From positions 1 to 25,754 of the IMG/VR virus record IMGVR_UViG_3300042360_000358: a stretch of 25,754 bases of DNA, one strand, 5' to 3'. The position numbers were made by a program, and so were the translations under genes. Shown in pieces: positions 16,439-24,838 of the stretch. Origin of the DNA: a virus. Lineage: Duplodnaviria > Caudoviricetes. How positions within the stretch are numbered: the first letter of the stretch is position 1; each line of letters begins with the position of its first letter. Under the pieces are notes generated by a model. It was not told where the DNA came from, made no database searches, and saw only the letters and a list, made by a program, of their open reading frames with translations.

Positions 16439-16525
16439 GTGTGTATAGTACACACATTGGCTCACGTTGAGCCATCTGGCGCACCGCAGATCTTGGTGCA
16501 GGAGATCAAAATGCAAAACGTCCAA
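16401..16525 (+). repeat. 125-bp promoter-leader-RBS cassette, copy 2
   Basis: TTGACA 16421-16426, 17 bp, TATAGT 16444-16449, same hairpins and RBS, ATG 16511. Confidence 0.92.
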
Positions 16526-16819
16526 CAAAACATCGCAGCATTCGCAGCCGCCACCAACAACGAACTATTTGACCCAGATTATAAGGGCGGCACATGGATG
16601 ATCCACGCTGTCGAAACGAGTGAAACGCTTGGTCAAATTGTTGATAGCGCCAAAGGCTGGGCCTGTAAAAGCGACCCAAATTACGGGGTCGTCGCCGGAT
16701 GTCCGTTTGTCGCGTACTCAAAAATGCAAGCTCGTCGCGGCGATGCGCGTCGCTCGCTGTCAGTTGTTGATTTTGGCGACGTGCGGTATGTCCTCGAATG
16801 CAATCTCTCGCACTTTTAG
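16511..16819 (+). CDS. Hypothetical protein (early/moron gene 2)
   Basis: ATG 16511 behind the cassette RBS. Confidence 0.75.
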   Translation: MQNVQQNIAAFAAATNNELFDPDYKGGTWMIHAVETSETLGQIVDSAKGWACKSDPNYGVVAGCPFVAYSKMQARRGDARRSLSVVDFGDVRYVLECNLSHF

Positions 16820-16821
16820 CC

Positions 16822-16858
16822 AAAAAAAACGCGGGTAGAGTTATATATCTCTACCCGC
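16822..16858 (-). terminator. Intrinsic terminator-like hairpin, U-tract on the minus strand
   Basis: A8 at 16822-16829, then perfect 10-bp stem GCGGGTAGAG/CTCTACCCGC. Confidence 0.65.
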
Positions 16859-16900
16859 CCATTCCCGCGCTGCGGGACGCACACGCACACAGGAGGCATT

Positions 16901-17188
16901 ATGATCGATCCTAATTTTGACCCGGCTACAATCCCGCTTGGGCATACACGCGACGCCGCTGGCCGCTTGTTGAGCTACCGCGACGAGTCTGGATTTTGGT
17001 ATGCCTACACACACGACGACGCCGGCCGCGTAGTGAGGTGCATCAACAACCACGGTCATTGGTATGCCTACACTCGCGACGACGCCGGCCGCGTGTTGAC
17101 GTGGATCACCAGCACCGGCTGCCGAGAGTACTACATCTACGACGACGACGGCGACTACACAGTCACACGCACACAGGAGGCATTATGA
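16901..17188 (+). CDS. Small YD/RHS-repeat-like protein, paralog 1
   Basis: AGGAGG RBS; 21-aa repeats WYAYTxDDAGRV. Confidence 0.75.
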   Translation: MIDPNFDPATIPLGHTRDAAGRLLSYRDESGFWYAYTHDDAGRVVRCINNHGHWYAYTRDDAGRVLTWITSTGCREYYIYDDDGDYTVTRTQEAL

Positions 17189-17421
17189 TTGACCCTGATT
17201 TTGACCCGTCGACAATCCCGTTTGGGCGGACACGCGACCACAACGGCCGCTTGTTGAGCTACCGCGGCGGCTACTCTGGACGTTGGTATGCCTACACTCG
17301 CGACGATGCAGGCCGCGTGTTGACGTATCGCGACAGCAGCGGCTGCCGATCTGACTACACCTACGACGCCGACGGCAAATGCACAGTCACACGCACGCAG
17401 GAGGTGCCGTATGCCGCGTAG
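17185..17421 (+). CDS. Small YD/RHS-repeat-like protein, paralog 2 (one repeat shorter)
   Basis: ATG 17185 with the same RBS; MIDPDFDPSTIP...TVTRTQE aligns with paralog 1. Confidence 0.75.
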   Translation: MIDPDFDPSTIPFGRTRDHNGRLLSYRGGYSGRWYAYTRDDAGRVLTYRDSSGCRSDYTYDADGKCTVTRTQEVPYAA

Positions 17422-17815
17422 CGCGCCGCGCCCATGCGGGCATCCCGGATGCGGTGTGCTGGTGTCGGACGGCACGTCGCGCTGCCCAACTCATGCGCGG
17501 TCAGACATGCGCGAGGCTGATCGGCGGCGCGGCTCGGCTCACGCTCGCGGGTACACTGGCAAATGGTCTGCGGCCGCCAAGATGTTTTTGGCTCGCCACC
17601 CGCTTTGCATGTGCCCTGAGTGCGGCGCGGGGACGCTGAGAGTCACACAGGCAACTGTGGTAGATCACATCGTGCCCCATCGTGGAGATATGCGCCTATT
17701 CTGGGACACAAAAAATTGGCAGGCCATGGCCAAATCGTGCCACGACCGCAAAACGGCGCGGCATGATGGCGGGTTTGGCCGGGCTAGGACAACAAAACAA
17801 CAGGAGATAGTATGA
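17411..17815 (+). CDS. HNH endonuclease, terminase-associated (HK97 gp74-like)
   Basis: MP..A.RPC..PGC, RGY...W, HPLC, ATVVDHI.PHRGD..LFWD..NWQ...K.CH.RKT...DGGFG. Confidence 0.92.
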   Translation: MPRSAPRPCGHPGCGVLVSDGTSRCPTHARSDMREADRRRGSAHARGYTGKWSAAAKMFLARHPLCMCPECGAGTLRVTQATVVDHIVPHRGDMRLFWDTKNWQAMAKSCHDRKTARHDGGFGRARTTKQQEIV

Positions 17816-18621
17816 GCACAATCACAACCAAACAGCAGGCATCAATCGCGTCAAAACTGGCAACAATGCAACTGCCATCTGGATTAGGCAACAAGCAGTC
17901 GGCGTGCTCAATCGCGACCATAAATTTGGCGCTGTCAGGCAGGCTCACAGACGAGATCCCGGATTGTATGAGCGAGGTCATTGGTCGTTGGATTATTGTT
18001 GTCCAGGACGCGATGCCAGACGACGTGAGAAATTCGGCGCGATGGAAGTCCCTACTCCCGCTGGCGGCTGGCACCGGGCGGGATAGAGAGCAGGAGCGGC
18101 TCGACATCATTTTGGATTGGATGTGGGGCACCGTTTTGCCGTCGCTACAATCGATTGCAGATCAGCAGGGTTTTGGCGCCCAGTGGCAAAAAATGACTAC
18201 CGAGCGCACAGCCGCCTCGGCAAACGCAGTGGCGGAGGTGGCGGGGGTGGCGGCGGCGACGGTGGCGGCGTGGGCGGCGGCGACGGTGGCGGCGAGGGTG
18301 GCGGGGGCGGCGGCGAGGGGGGCGGCGACGTGGGCGGCGGGGAAGGCGGCAGAGGTGGTGGTGGCGGCGAGGGAGGCGGAGGCGTGGGCAAATTTTGACC
18401 AATGCGGGTTGCTGGAGCGGTTAATCAAAATTGACACCGCCCTGCGAGGAGCACAGCCAGCACCAGCACTTGTGCCGCTGACGGATGAGCAGCGGTCAAA
18501 AATGTACCGGACGGCAGTTTTAAGGGGCGACAGCATCATGATGCGGAGCGACTATGAGCTTGGCATAAGCGACGCAGAGGCCGCCCACGGCGTCGCGGAA
18601 GGCCAGCTGACGCATGACTAA
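17812..18621 (+). CDS. Hypothetical mosaic phage protein with Ala-rich repeat
   Basis: AGGAG RBS, ATGA overlap; Ala-rich tract about 18229-18387; C-terminal VPLTDEQ...EAAHG module. Confidence 0.75.
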   Translation: MSTITTKQQASIASKLATMQLPSGLGNKQSACSIATINLALSGRLTDEIPDCMSEVIGRWIIVVQDAMPDDVRNSARWKSLLPLAAGTGRDREQERLDIILDWMWGTVLPSLQSIADQQGFGAQWQKMTTERTAASANAVAEVAGVAAATVAAWAAATVAARVAGAAARGAATWAAGKAAEVVVAAREAEAWANFDQCGLLERLIKIDTALRGAQPAPALVPLTDEQRSKMYRTAVLRGDSIMMRSDYELGISDAEAAHGVAEGQLTHD

Positions 18622-19429
18622 ACACATTGTTTGTTACAGCGGGGGCCATGGCTCTGCACTGGCGGCGCTCGAAGTCGCCAAAAAGCATGGCGATTTGATT
18701 TTGCTAAATCACGACATGCACTATTCGGTCGAGGATGCCGACATCAAGCGATTTAAGCGCGAAATCGCCGATCACATCGGCGTCCCATTGACTTTTGCAA
18801 ACCGCCGAAATGCCCGGCAGGATCAATTTGACGTTTGTGTAGAGTCTAAGGCTTTTAAGGTCAAAAACGGCCAAGAGCTTTGCACTTCGCGTCTGAAGAC
18901 AGAGCCTTTCATGGCCTGGCTTGCTCAGAACGTTCCAGGCAAGGACGCGATCATTTACTACGGTTTTGATGCCAACGAACAGCACCGCATCCAGCGGCGC
19001 AGCGGGATCATGGGCTCACAGGGGTGGCGCACGGACTACCCGCTGATCTGGCCAGTCCGCACCATCTACAACACCGAAGAAATTGGCATACCACGGCCTA
19101 GCACATACGGAGTATTCAGGCATGGCAACTGCATCGGATGCCTGAAAGCTGGTTGGCAGCACTGGTACATCGTTTACTGCACGCGGCCTGACATCTGGGA
19201 GAAAGCAAAGTGGGCCGAAGAGGAAATTGGTCACGCCATACATCACGATAAATCCGGCCCCGTCTACATAGAGGATATGGAGCCAAAATTTGCAGCCATG
19301 AAAGCGGCGGGCGTACCGGCAACCGAGCACATTCCACATCAGCGCTTTTGGGCGAGCGCCAAAAAAGTCATCAAAATCAAACCGCAGATGGAAATCCATA
19401 TGCCATGCGAATGCACGGAGGCAGTATGA
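18614..19429 (+). CDS. PAPS-reductase-like adenine nucleotide alpha-hydrolase family protein
   Basis: PP-loop YSGGHGS, CTSRLK, YGFDANE..R, YPL, HGNCIGCLK and terminal CEC motifs. Confidence 0.8.
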   Translation: MTKHIVCYSGGHGSALAALEVAKKHGDLILLNHDMHYSVEDADIKRFKREIADHIGVPLTFANRRNARQDQFDVCVESKAFKVKNGQELCTSRLKTEPFMAWLAQNVPGKDAIIYYGFDANEQHRIQRRSGIMGSQGWRTDYPLIWPVRTIYNTEEIGIPRPSTYGVFRHGNCIGCLKAGWQHWYIVYCTRPDIWEKAKWAEEEIGHAIHHDKSGPVYIEDMEPKFAAMKAAGVPATEHIPHQRFWASAKKVIKIKPQMEIHMPCECTEAV

Positions 19430-19722
19430 GCACAATCACAATTGCGCGAGCAACGCTGGAGCTGGCGCTGGAGGCGTTGGAGGGCAACACAACAAATCCG
19501 GTCATTGACCCCGAACAGGCTGCGATTGAGGACCAGGCCATTGCCGTCATCAAGCAGGCCCTTGAACAGCCAGTGCAGGAGCCCACATTTTGGTTAAACG
19601 AGCACGGGCAACTCGCCGCATCGCGGAGATGGGCTGAGCGCACTTGGCGCGGACAGAAGCTGATACCCCTCTACACCACCCCACCAGCACCAGCACCTGT
19701 GCCGCTTGGGAGCAAGCAATGA
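19426..19722 (+). CDS. Hypothetical mosaic phage protein
   Basis: ATG 19426 (GGAGG RBS, ATGA overlap); LELALEALE...QALEQPVQEP...PLYT.PPAP modules. Confidence 0.7.
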   Translation: MSTITIARATLELALEALEGNTTNPVIDPEQAAIEDQAIAVIKQALEQPVQEPTFWLNEHGQLAASRRWAERTWRGQKLIPLYTTPPAPAPVPLGSKQ

Positions 19723-19934
19723 TTGATGCAGAGCTAGTGCATTTTGGCCCAGTTTGGGGCAGACCAGTATCCCGGTCGATGGCTCTTTGCATGGCGGACA
19801 AAGACCCAGGGCTAGAGTCGCGCACGATGACTAGATCGGCTACTACTGTCACCTGCCCGGCATGCCTGCACCTGATGACGGACACCCGAGCCATCGAAGC
19901 CGCCCACGGCATCACGAAAGGCGGTGCGGCATGA
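19719..19934 (+). CDS. Small Cys-containing hypothetical protein
   Basis: ATGA overlaps at both ends; H...C...VTCPAC possible zinc site; ends RAIEAAHGITKG. Confidence 0.55.
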   Translation: MIDAELVHFGPVWGRPVSRSMALCMADKDPGLESRTMTRSATTVTCPACLHLMTDTRAIEAAHGITKGGAA

Positions 19935-20500
19935 AGGAGCGTCCAATCATTTTCAGCGCCCCGATGGTGCGGGCCTTGCTGGAGGGCAGCAAAACCCAGA
20001 CGAGGCGGGTGGTGAAGCCCCAGCCTTCTTTAGAACAAGAATTCAGCGGCCGTGTGCTTTGCCCCTACGGCCAACCCGGCGACCGGCTGTGGGTGCGCGA
20101 GGCGTTCAGCGGCCCGCACCATCAGGATCGCCACCCGCCGCGAGACTGGCACAGCACGGACGAGATCCACTATTGGGCTGACGGCCGCCCAAACTGCGGC
20201 GACTGGACAAAGCCGCGCCCCGGCATGTTCATGCCCCGCTGGGCCAGCCGCATCACGCTGAAAATCACCGGCGTGCGCGTGGAGCGACTACAGGATATAA
20301 CCGAAGACGATGCGCGGGCAGAGGGGATCACAGATGGCGGGTGTCTGAATTGTGGGGAATCTGAAGCCAACTGCGGCTGCCTCAACCCGCAGCCTGACGC
20401 CCGCGACTCGTTTATTTACCTCTGGGAGTCCATCAATGGCCCAGGATCATGGGCAGCCAACCCGTGGGTTTGGGTGGTCGAGGTCGAGCGCGTGGGATAG
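19931..20500 (+). CDS. ASCH/PUA-like phage protein
   Basis: MKERPIIFSAPMVRALL.G.KTQTRR, CPYGQPGDRLWVRE, MPRWASRI.L.IT.VRVERLQDI...DA.AEG, W..NPWVWV motifs. Confidence 0.85.
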   Translation: MKERPIIFSAPMVRALLEGSKTQTRRVVKPQPSLEQEFSGRVLCPYGQPGDRLWVREAFSGPHHQDRHPPRDWHSTDEIHYWADGRPNCGDWTKPRPGMFMPRWASRITLKITGVRVERLQDITEDDARAEGITDGGCLNCGESEANCGCLNPQPDARDSFIYLWESINGPGSWAANPWVWVVEVERVG

Positions 20501-20590
20501 GGTAGGGGGGGTAAAATCCTTTAGGCCAACCGCCGGGAGACCGACGAGTTTACCCAAAATCTGCACGCGCAAATTTTGACCCCTCGGGGT
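20498..20590 (+). other. Probable cos/packaging initiation region
   Basis: Non-coding gap before terS starting GGGTAGGGGGGGTAAAATC and containing GACCG and CGCGCAAATTT, the usual look of HK97-like cos regions; exact cut site not determinable. Confidence 0.55.
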
Positions 20591-20641
20591 AAAAAATCTG
20601 TTAACATTGCGCGACACTTTTTTACGAATGGAAAAAAAATC

Positions 20642-21169
20642 ATGGCAATTAGAGGGCCAAAACCTAAACCAATCGCTCTCAAAATCCTTGAGGGCAACCG
20701 CAGCCGCCGACCGATTGACCCGGCCGGAACGCTGCGCCCTGACGCTGGTGCGCCGGACGCGCCGGATTGGCTACACCCGCTGGCGCGAGTCGCGTGGGAC
20801 CGGCTCGCCAACGAGCTATGTCAGTACGGCGTGCTCACGCGATTAGACCGCGATGCACTCGCTGCACTCTGCCAGACGGTGGCGCGGGTGGAGATTTTGG
20901 AAAAGTTTTTTGTGGAAAAATCGGCGGAGATTGGCGACCCGGTGGCAATCTATTTTGACATCACCCCCAACGGTCTGACCGTGCAGTCGGCCTACTATCA
21001 GGTGCTCAAACGCGAGCAGGAGCACCTGCACAAACAACTGGAGTGTTTTGGCCTGCGTCCAGACGCTCGTAGTCGCGTCTCGATTGCCGCGCCAGTCCGC
21101 GCCAATCTGCAATCGGTGGCGGGAGCAGGTCAGCCCGAGGCGGACGCCGGGTTTGCGGATTTTGACTAA
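20642..21169 (+). CDS. terS: Terminase small subunit, P27 family
   Basis: RGPKPKP..LKILEGN..RR, P.WL...A...W, D..AL..LC, FGL.P.ARSR; ATG 20642 preferred to the track start 20576. Confidence 0.9.
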   Translation: MAIRGPKPKPIALKILEGNRSRRPIDPAGTLRPDAGAPDAPDWLHPLARVAWDRLANELCQYGVLTRLDRDALAALCQTVARVEILEKFFVEKSAEIGDPVAIYFDITPNGLTVQSAYYQVLKREQEHLHKQLECFGLRPDARSRVSIAAPVRANLQSVAGAGQPEADAGFADFD

Positions 21170-21174
21170 CACAA

Positions 21175-22896
21175 ATGTCAAAAAAAACTAAAAAAAAAAC
21201 GTATTTTGATCAGGCGCTAGAATACGCTCACGCCGTGACCGATGGCCACATTGTGGCTGGTCTATACGAGCGGCTGGCCTGCCAGCGGTTTTTGAGCGAT
21301 TTAGACCGCCAAAACACGCCCGATTTCCCCTACCGATTTGACGCGGCGGCGGGAGCGCGCGAATGCCGATTTGTCGAGCTACTCCCCCACATCAAGGGCG
21401 AGTGGGCGCGGCCTAAATTTGTTGATGGCCGCTTGCAGTACGCCAAAATCAAATTGGAGCCGTGGCAGATTTTCGCCGAGATACAAATTTTTGGCTGGCT
21501 GCATGTTGACACCGGGCTGCGCCGATTTAGGCGATCCTATGAGGAGGTGGCTCGCAAAAACGCAAAATCGACTCGCGTTGCAGCGCGTGACCTATTTTTA
21601 CTCACGGCGGACAACGAGCCGGGCTCGCAGGTATACAACGCCGCGACGACTGGCGAGCAGGCCCGAGAGGTTTTTGACGTGGCGCGGAACATGGCGTTGC
21701 GCGAGCCTGATTTTTTGGCGCGTTTTGGCGTCAATGTTGGGAAGCACGATATCACAATCGCCGAGACGGCGAGTAGTTTTAAGCCCCTCAACTCCGAGGG
21801 GTCGACGCTCGACGGATTAAACGTACATGGCGCGTCAATAGACGAGCTACACGCCCACAAAACGCGGGCGGTGTACGATGTCATCGACACCGCCACTGGA
21901 GCGCGAGCGCAGCCCCTGATTAGCATGATCACCACGGCTGGCAGTGACCGCGCCGGGATATGCTACGAGCAGCGCGACTACAGCATCAAAATTTTGACAG
22001 GCGTAGTTATTGACGAGACGTGGTTTGCTGTGATCTACACCCTCGACGACGGCGACGATTGGCGCGACTCCAAAAATTGGCGAAAATCAAATCCAAATCT
22101 AGGCGTGAGCGTCAAAATTGACGACATGGAAGCGGCTTGCCGAAAAGCACTGGCCATGCCGTCGGCGCAGGCCAATTTTTTAACTAAACGGCTGAATGTT
22201 TGGATCGCATCGGACAGCGCGTGGATGGATATGGCGGCGTGGAATAAATGCGCGGATCCGACCCTTGACATTGAGCGCGTGAGTCACCTGCCGTGCTTTA
22301 TTGGATTGGATTTGGCAAGCAAAGTTGACGTCGCGGCCAAAATACTATGGTTTTTTGATGCGGACGCCGACCACCATTATTTGATCCCCGTTTTTTATTT
22401 GCCAGAGCGTGCGGTCGAGCAGGGCAGAAACTCACAATATGACGGCTGGAGGCGCGGCGGCCATCTACAGGTCACAGACGGCGAGGTGACTGACTACGAC
22501 GTCATTGAGGACGATCTGCGTGCGAATATGGCCGCGCTGATGGTGCGCGAGATACCGTTTGACCCGTGGCAGGCCACGCATTTGGCAGGCCACATGCTCT
22601 CAGAGGGTGCGCCGATGGTCGAGTACAGGCAGGTAGTGCAAAATATGAGCGAGCCCATGAAACAGCTTGAGGCGCTTGTATTGGCTGGCCGCCTAACGCA
22701 TAACTCAAACCCGATGATGACGTGGATGATGAGCAACGTGGTCTGTCACGTCGACGCCAAATCTAATATCTACCCGCGCAAAGAGCGCGAAGAGAACAAA
22801 ATCGACGGCGCGGTAGCTGCGATCATGGCTCTGGGTCGCGTAATAGCTCAAAAACCTGCAAAAAAGCCTAATGACGGGACTGTTTTTATGGTATAA
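21175..22896 (+). CDS. terL: Terminase large subunit
   Basis: LEPWQ, Walker A VARKNAKST, Walker B IDELH, ITTAG, nuclease GLDLAS..D and KIDG..A.IMA. Confidence 0.97.
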   Translation: MSKKTKKKTYFDQALEYAHAVTDGHIVAGLYERLACQRFLSDLDRQNTPDFPYRFDAAAGARECRFVELLPHIKGEWARPKFVDGRLQYAKIKLEPWQIFAEIQIFGWLHVDTGLRRFRRSYEEVARKNAKSTRVAARDLFLLTADNEPGSQVYNAATTGEQAREVFDVARNMALREPDFLARFGVNVGKHDITIAETASSFKPLNSEGSTLDGLNVHGASIDELHAHKTRAVYDVIDTATGARAQPLISMITTAGSDRAGICYEQRDYSIKILTGVVIDETWFAVIYTLDDGDDWRDSKNWRKSNPNLGVSVKIDDMEAACRKALAMPSAQANFLTKRLNVWIASDSAWMDMAAWNKCADPTLDIERVSHLPCFIGLDLASKVDVAAKILWFFDADADHHYLIPVFYLPERAVEQGRNSQYDGWRRGGHLQVTDGEVTDYDVIEDDLRANMAALMVREIPFDPWQATHLAGHMLSEGAPMVEYRQVVQNMSEPMKQLEALVLAGRLTHNSNPMMTWMMSNVVCHVDAKSNIYPRKEREENKIDGAVAAIMALGRVIAQKPAKKPNDGTVFMV

Positions 22897-22905
22897 ACTG
22901 AGCGC

Positions 22906-24165
22906 ATGGGAATACTCTCGAACATTTTTTTGCGCGGCGCGATATTGGCTGGCTACAGTCCAAGAGACCCCGCTATCGCTGCGATTTTTGGGCGCGGGAA
23001 TATGTCCACGGCGGGGACAAACGTCACGCCAGAAACGGCCATGCAACACACGGCGGTATGGGCGTGTGTAAGAGTGCTCGCTGAGACGGTGGCGTCTCTG
23101 CCGCTGATAATGTACCAGCGCACAGACAAGGGGCGACGACGAGCGATTGAGCATCCGCTCTATGCGATTTTGCAAACACGCCCAAACAACTGGCAGTCGT
23201 CGTTTGAGTGGCGAGAGCAGTGTATGGCGCACATCGCGCTGCGCGGCGCTGCCTACTCGCGCATACAGCTACAACGCGGCAAACGCACACTCACCGCGCT
23301 CAATCCTGATCGAGTCAACCCGCACCTGCACGACGACGGCACGTTGTCTTATGAGGTGCGCCAAAAAAATGGGGACACACTCACGCTATTGCAGGAGGAG
23401 GTGCTGCGCGTCCCTTTTATGCTGATCGACGGGGTGCGCCCCGTGACACCAATTGAGGCGACCCGCGACGCCCTAGGTACGGCGATTGCCACTAATGATT
23501 TTGTGGCGAGGTACTATAAAAACGACACTAAACCACCTCTATGGATTGAGGCACCGCCAGCCGGATTTCAGAGCGAGGAAGCAAAACGAAAATTCGCGGC
23601 CGGATGGCGCGAGGCGCAGGGCGGCGAGAATCGTGGGTCGACGCCCGTACTAGACAACGGGTTTAGAATCCACGAATTAAGTGTCAACGCCTCAGACGCT
23701 CAGTTGCTTGAGTCACGCGCCGCTAGTGTGATTGACATCGCTCGCATCTATAGGATGCCGCCACACATGATCGGCGCGCTGGAGCGTGCGACCAACAACA
23801 ACGTGGAGCAACAGGCCATTGATTTTGTTGTGCATACGATGCGGCCGTGGTTCGTCCGTTGGGAGCAGGCGCTGGCCCGCGATTTGCTCACGGAGTCCGA
23901 GCGCGGCGAGTATTATTTTGAGTTTTTAGTGGACGGCCTGCTACGCGGGGACAGCGCGGCGCGCGGCGAATTTTATACAAAACAGTTTAACATCGGGGCC
24001 ATGAATCAGGACGAGATTAGGGCGGCAGAAAATCGCGACCCGCTGCCTAATGGCGAGGGGCAAAAATTTTATGTGCCCCTGAATATGATTGCAACAAATG
24101 GGGACACACCTCAAAATAAGCGCGACCAACAGGGCGCGGCAGGAGAAAACGATGGCAGAAATTGA
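22906..24165 (+). CDS. HK97 family portal protein
   Basis: AVWACVRVLAETVASLPL, DAQLLESR, IARIYRMPPHMIG, GLLRGD..AR, EIRAAEN..P. Confidence 0.97.
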   Translation: MGILSNIFLRGAILAGYSPRDPAIAAIFGRGNMSTAGTNVTPETAMQHTAVWACVRVLAETVASLPLIMYQRTDKGRRRAIEHPLYAILQTRPNNWQSSFEWREQCMAHIALRGAAYSRIQLQRGKRTLTALNPDRVNPHLHDDGTLSYEVRQKNGDTLTLLQEEVLRVPFMLIDGVRPVTPIEATRDALGTAIATNDFVARYYKNDTKPPLWIEAPPAGFQSEEAKRKFAAGWREAQGGENRGSTPVLDNGFRIHELSVNASDAQLLESRAASVIDIARIYRMPPHMIGALERATNNNVEQQAIDFVVHTMRPWFVRWEQALARDLLTESERGEYYFEFLVDGLLRGDSAARGEFYTKQFNIGAMNQDEIRAAENRDPLPNGEGQKFYVPLNMIATNGDTPQNKRDQQGAAGENDGRN

Positions 24166-24751
24166 AAAACGAATGCTTGACGCGCCGGCGCTCACGGTGC
24201 ATCGGCGCGACGACGGCAAATCGCCAATGATGCGCGGTCACGCCGCCGTGTTTAATGAGCTTTCTGGCGATTTGGGCGGGTTTCGGGAGCAAATCATCCC
24301 CGGCGCGTTTGCTGAGGCGATTGAGACGGATGACGTTCGGGCGCTTATCAATCACGATTCTAATTTTGTGCTCGGACGCAACCGCGCCGGAACGCTCGCG
24401 ATGCGCGAGGACGTGCGAGGGCTGGCAGTAGAGATCACGCCGCCGGATACCGCGTTTGCGCGTGACCTAATCGTCTCGATGGAGCGCGGCGACGTGACGC
24501 AGATGTCATTCGCGTTTCGCGTGCGCCCCAACGGCGAGGATTGGGCAAAAAATGACGATGGCGTGTGGGTGCGCAGTGTCAAGCGCGTGAGGCTCTACGA
24601 CGTCTCGGTAGTGACGTACCCAGCATACACACAAACAGATGTCGCCATGCGCTCTCTGGACGCATTTGTGCGTACTCTCACACCATCAACCGACTACGTT
24701 GTGACGATGCAGGCGCGGGCGCGGCAGATTGCAATTGCAGAGGCTCTATAA
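24152..24751 (+). CDS. HK97 family prohead protease
   Basis: GHAAVFN, FRE.I.PGAF, ALINHD..VLGR, MSFAF, L.DVSVVTYPAY; ATG 24152 with AGGAG RBS. Confidence 0.95.
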   Translation: MAEIEKRMLDAPALTVHRRDDGKSPMMRGHAAVFNELSGDLGGFREQIIPGAFAEAIETDDVRALINHDSNFVLGRNRAGTLAMREDVRGLAVEITPPDTAFARDLIVSMERGDVTQMSFAFRVRPNGEDWAKNDDGVWVRSVKRVRLYDVSVVTYPAYTQTDVAMRSLDAFVRTLTPSTDYVVTMQARARQIAIAEAL

Positions 24752-24775
24752 CATGTTTTTGGCAATCCGAGCGGC

Positions 24776-24813
24776 GGCAGGCGCGCGGATGCCTTACAGG
24801 TGTCCAGCCTGCC
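24776..24813 (+). promoter_or_regulatory. Stem-loop in the capsid gene leader
   Basis: GGCAGGC/GCCTGCC enclosing GGATGCCT-tac-AGGTGTCC, followed by aattttatttttt and the RBS. Confidence 0.5.
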
Positions 24814-24838
24814 AATTTTATTTTTTACGGAGATTAAT

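Noticed and set aside
16901-17421. Paralog pair as DGR template/variable repeats
   Set aside because: Differences are not adenine-specific, include indels, both copies are intact ORFs, and no reverse transcriptase is in the window.
18117-18539. Poly-Gly, poly-Pro and Arg/His-rich alternative ORFs
   Set aside because: Shadows of the GCG-rich tract in 17812-18621.
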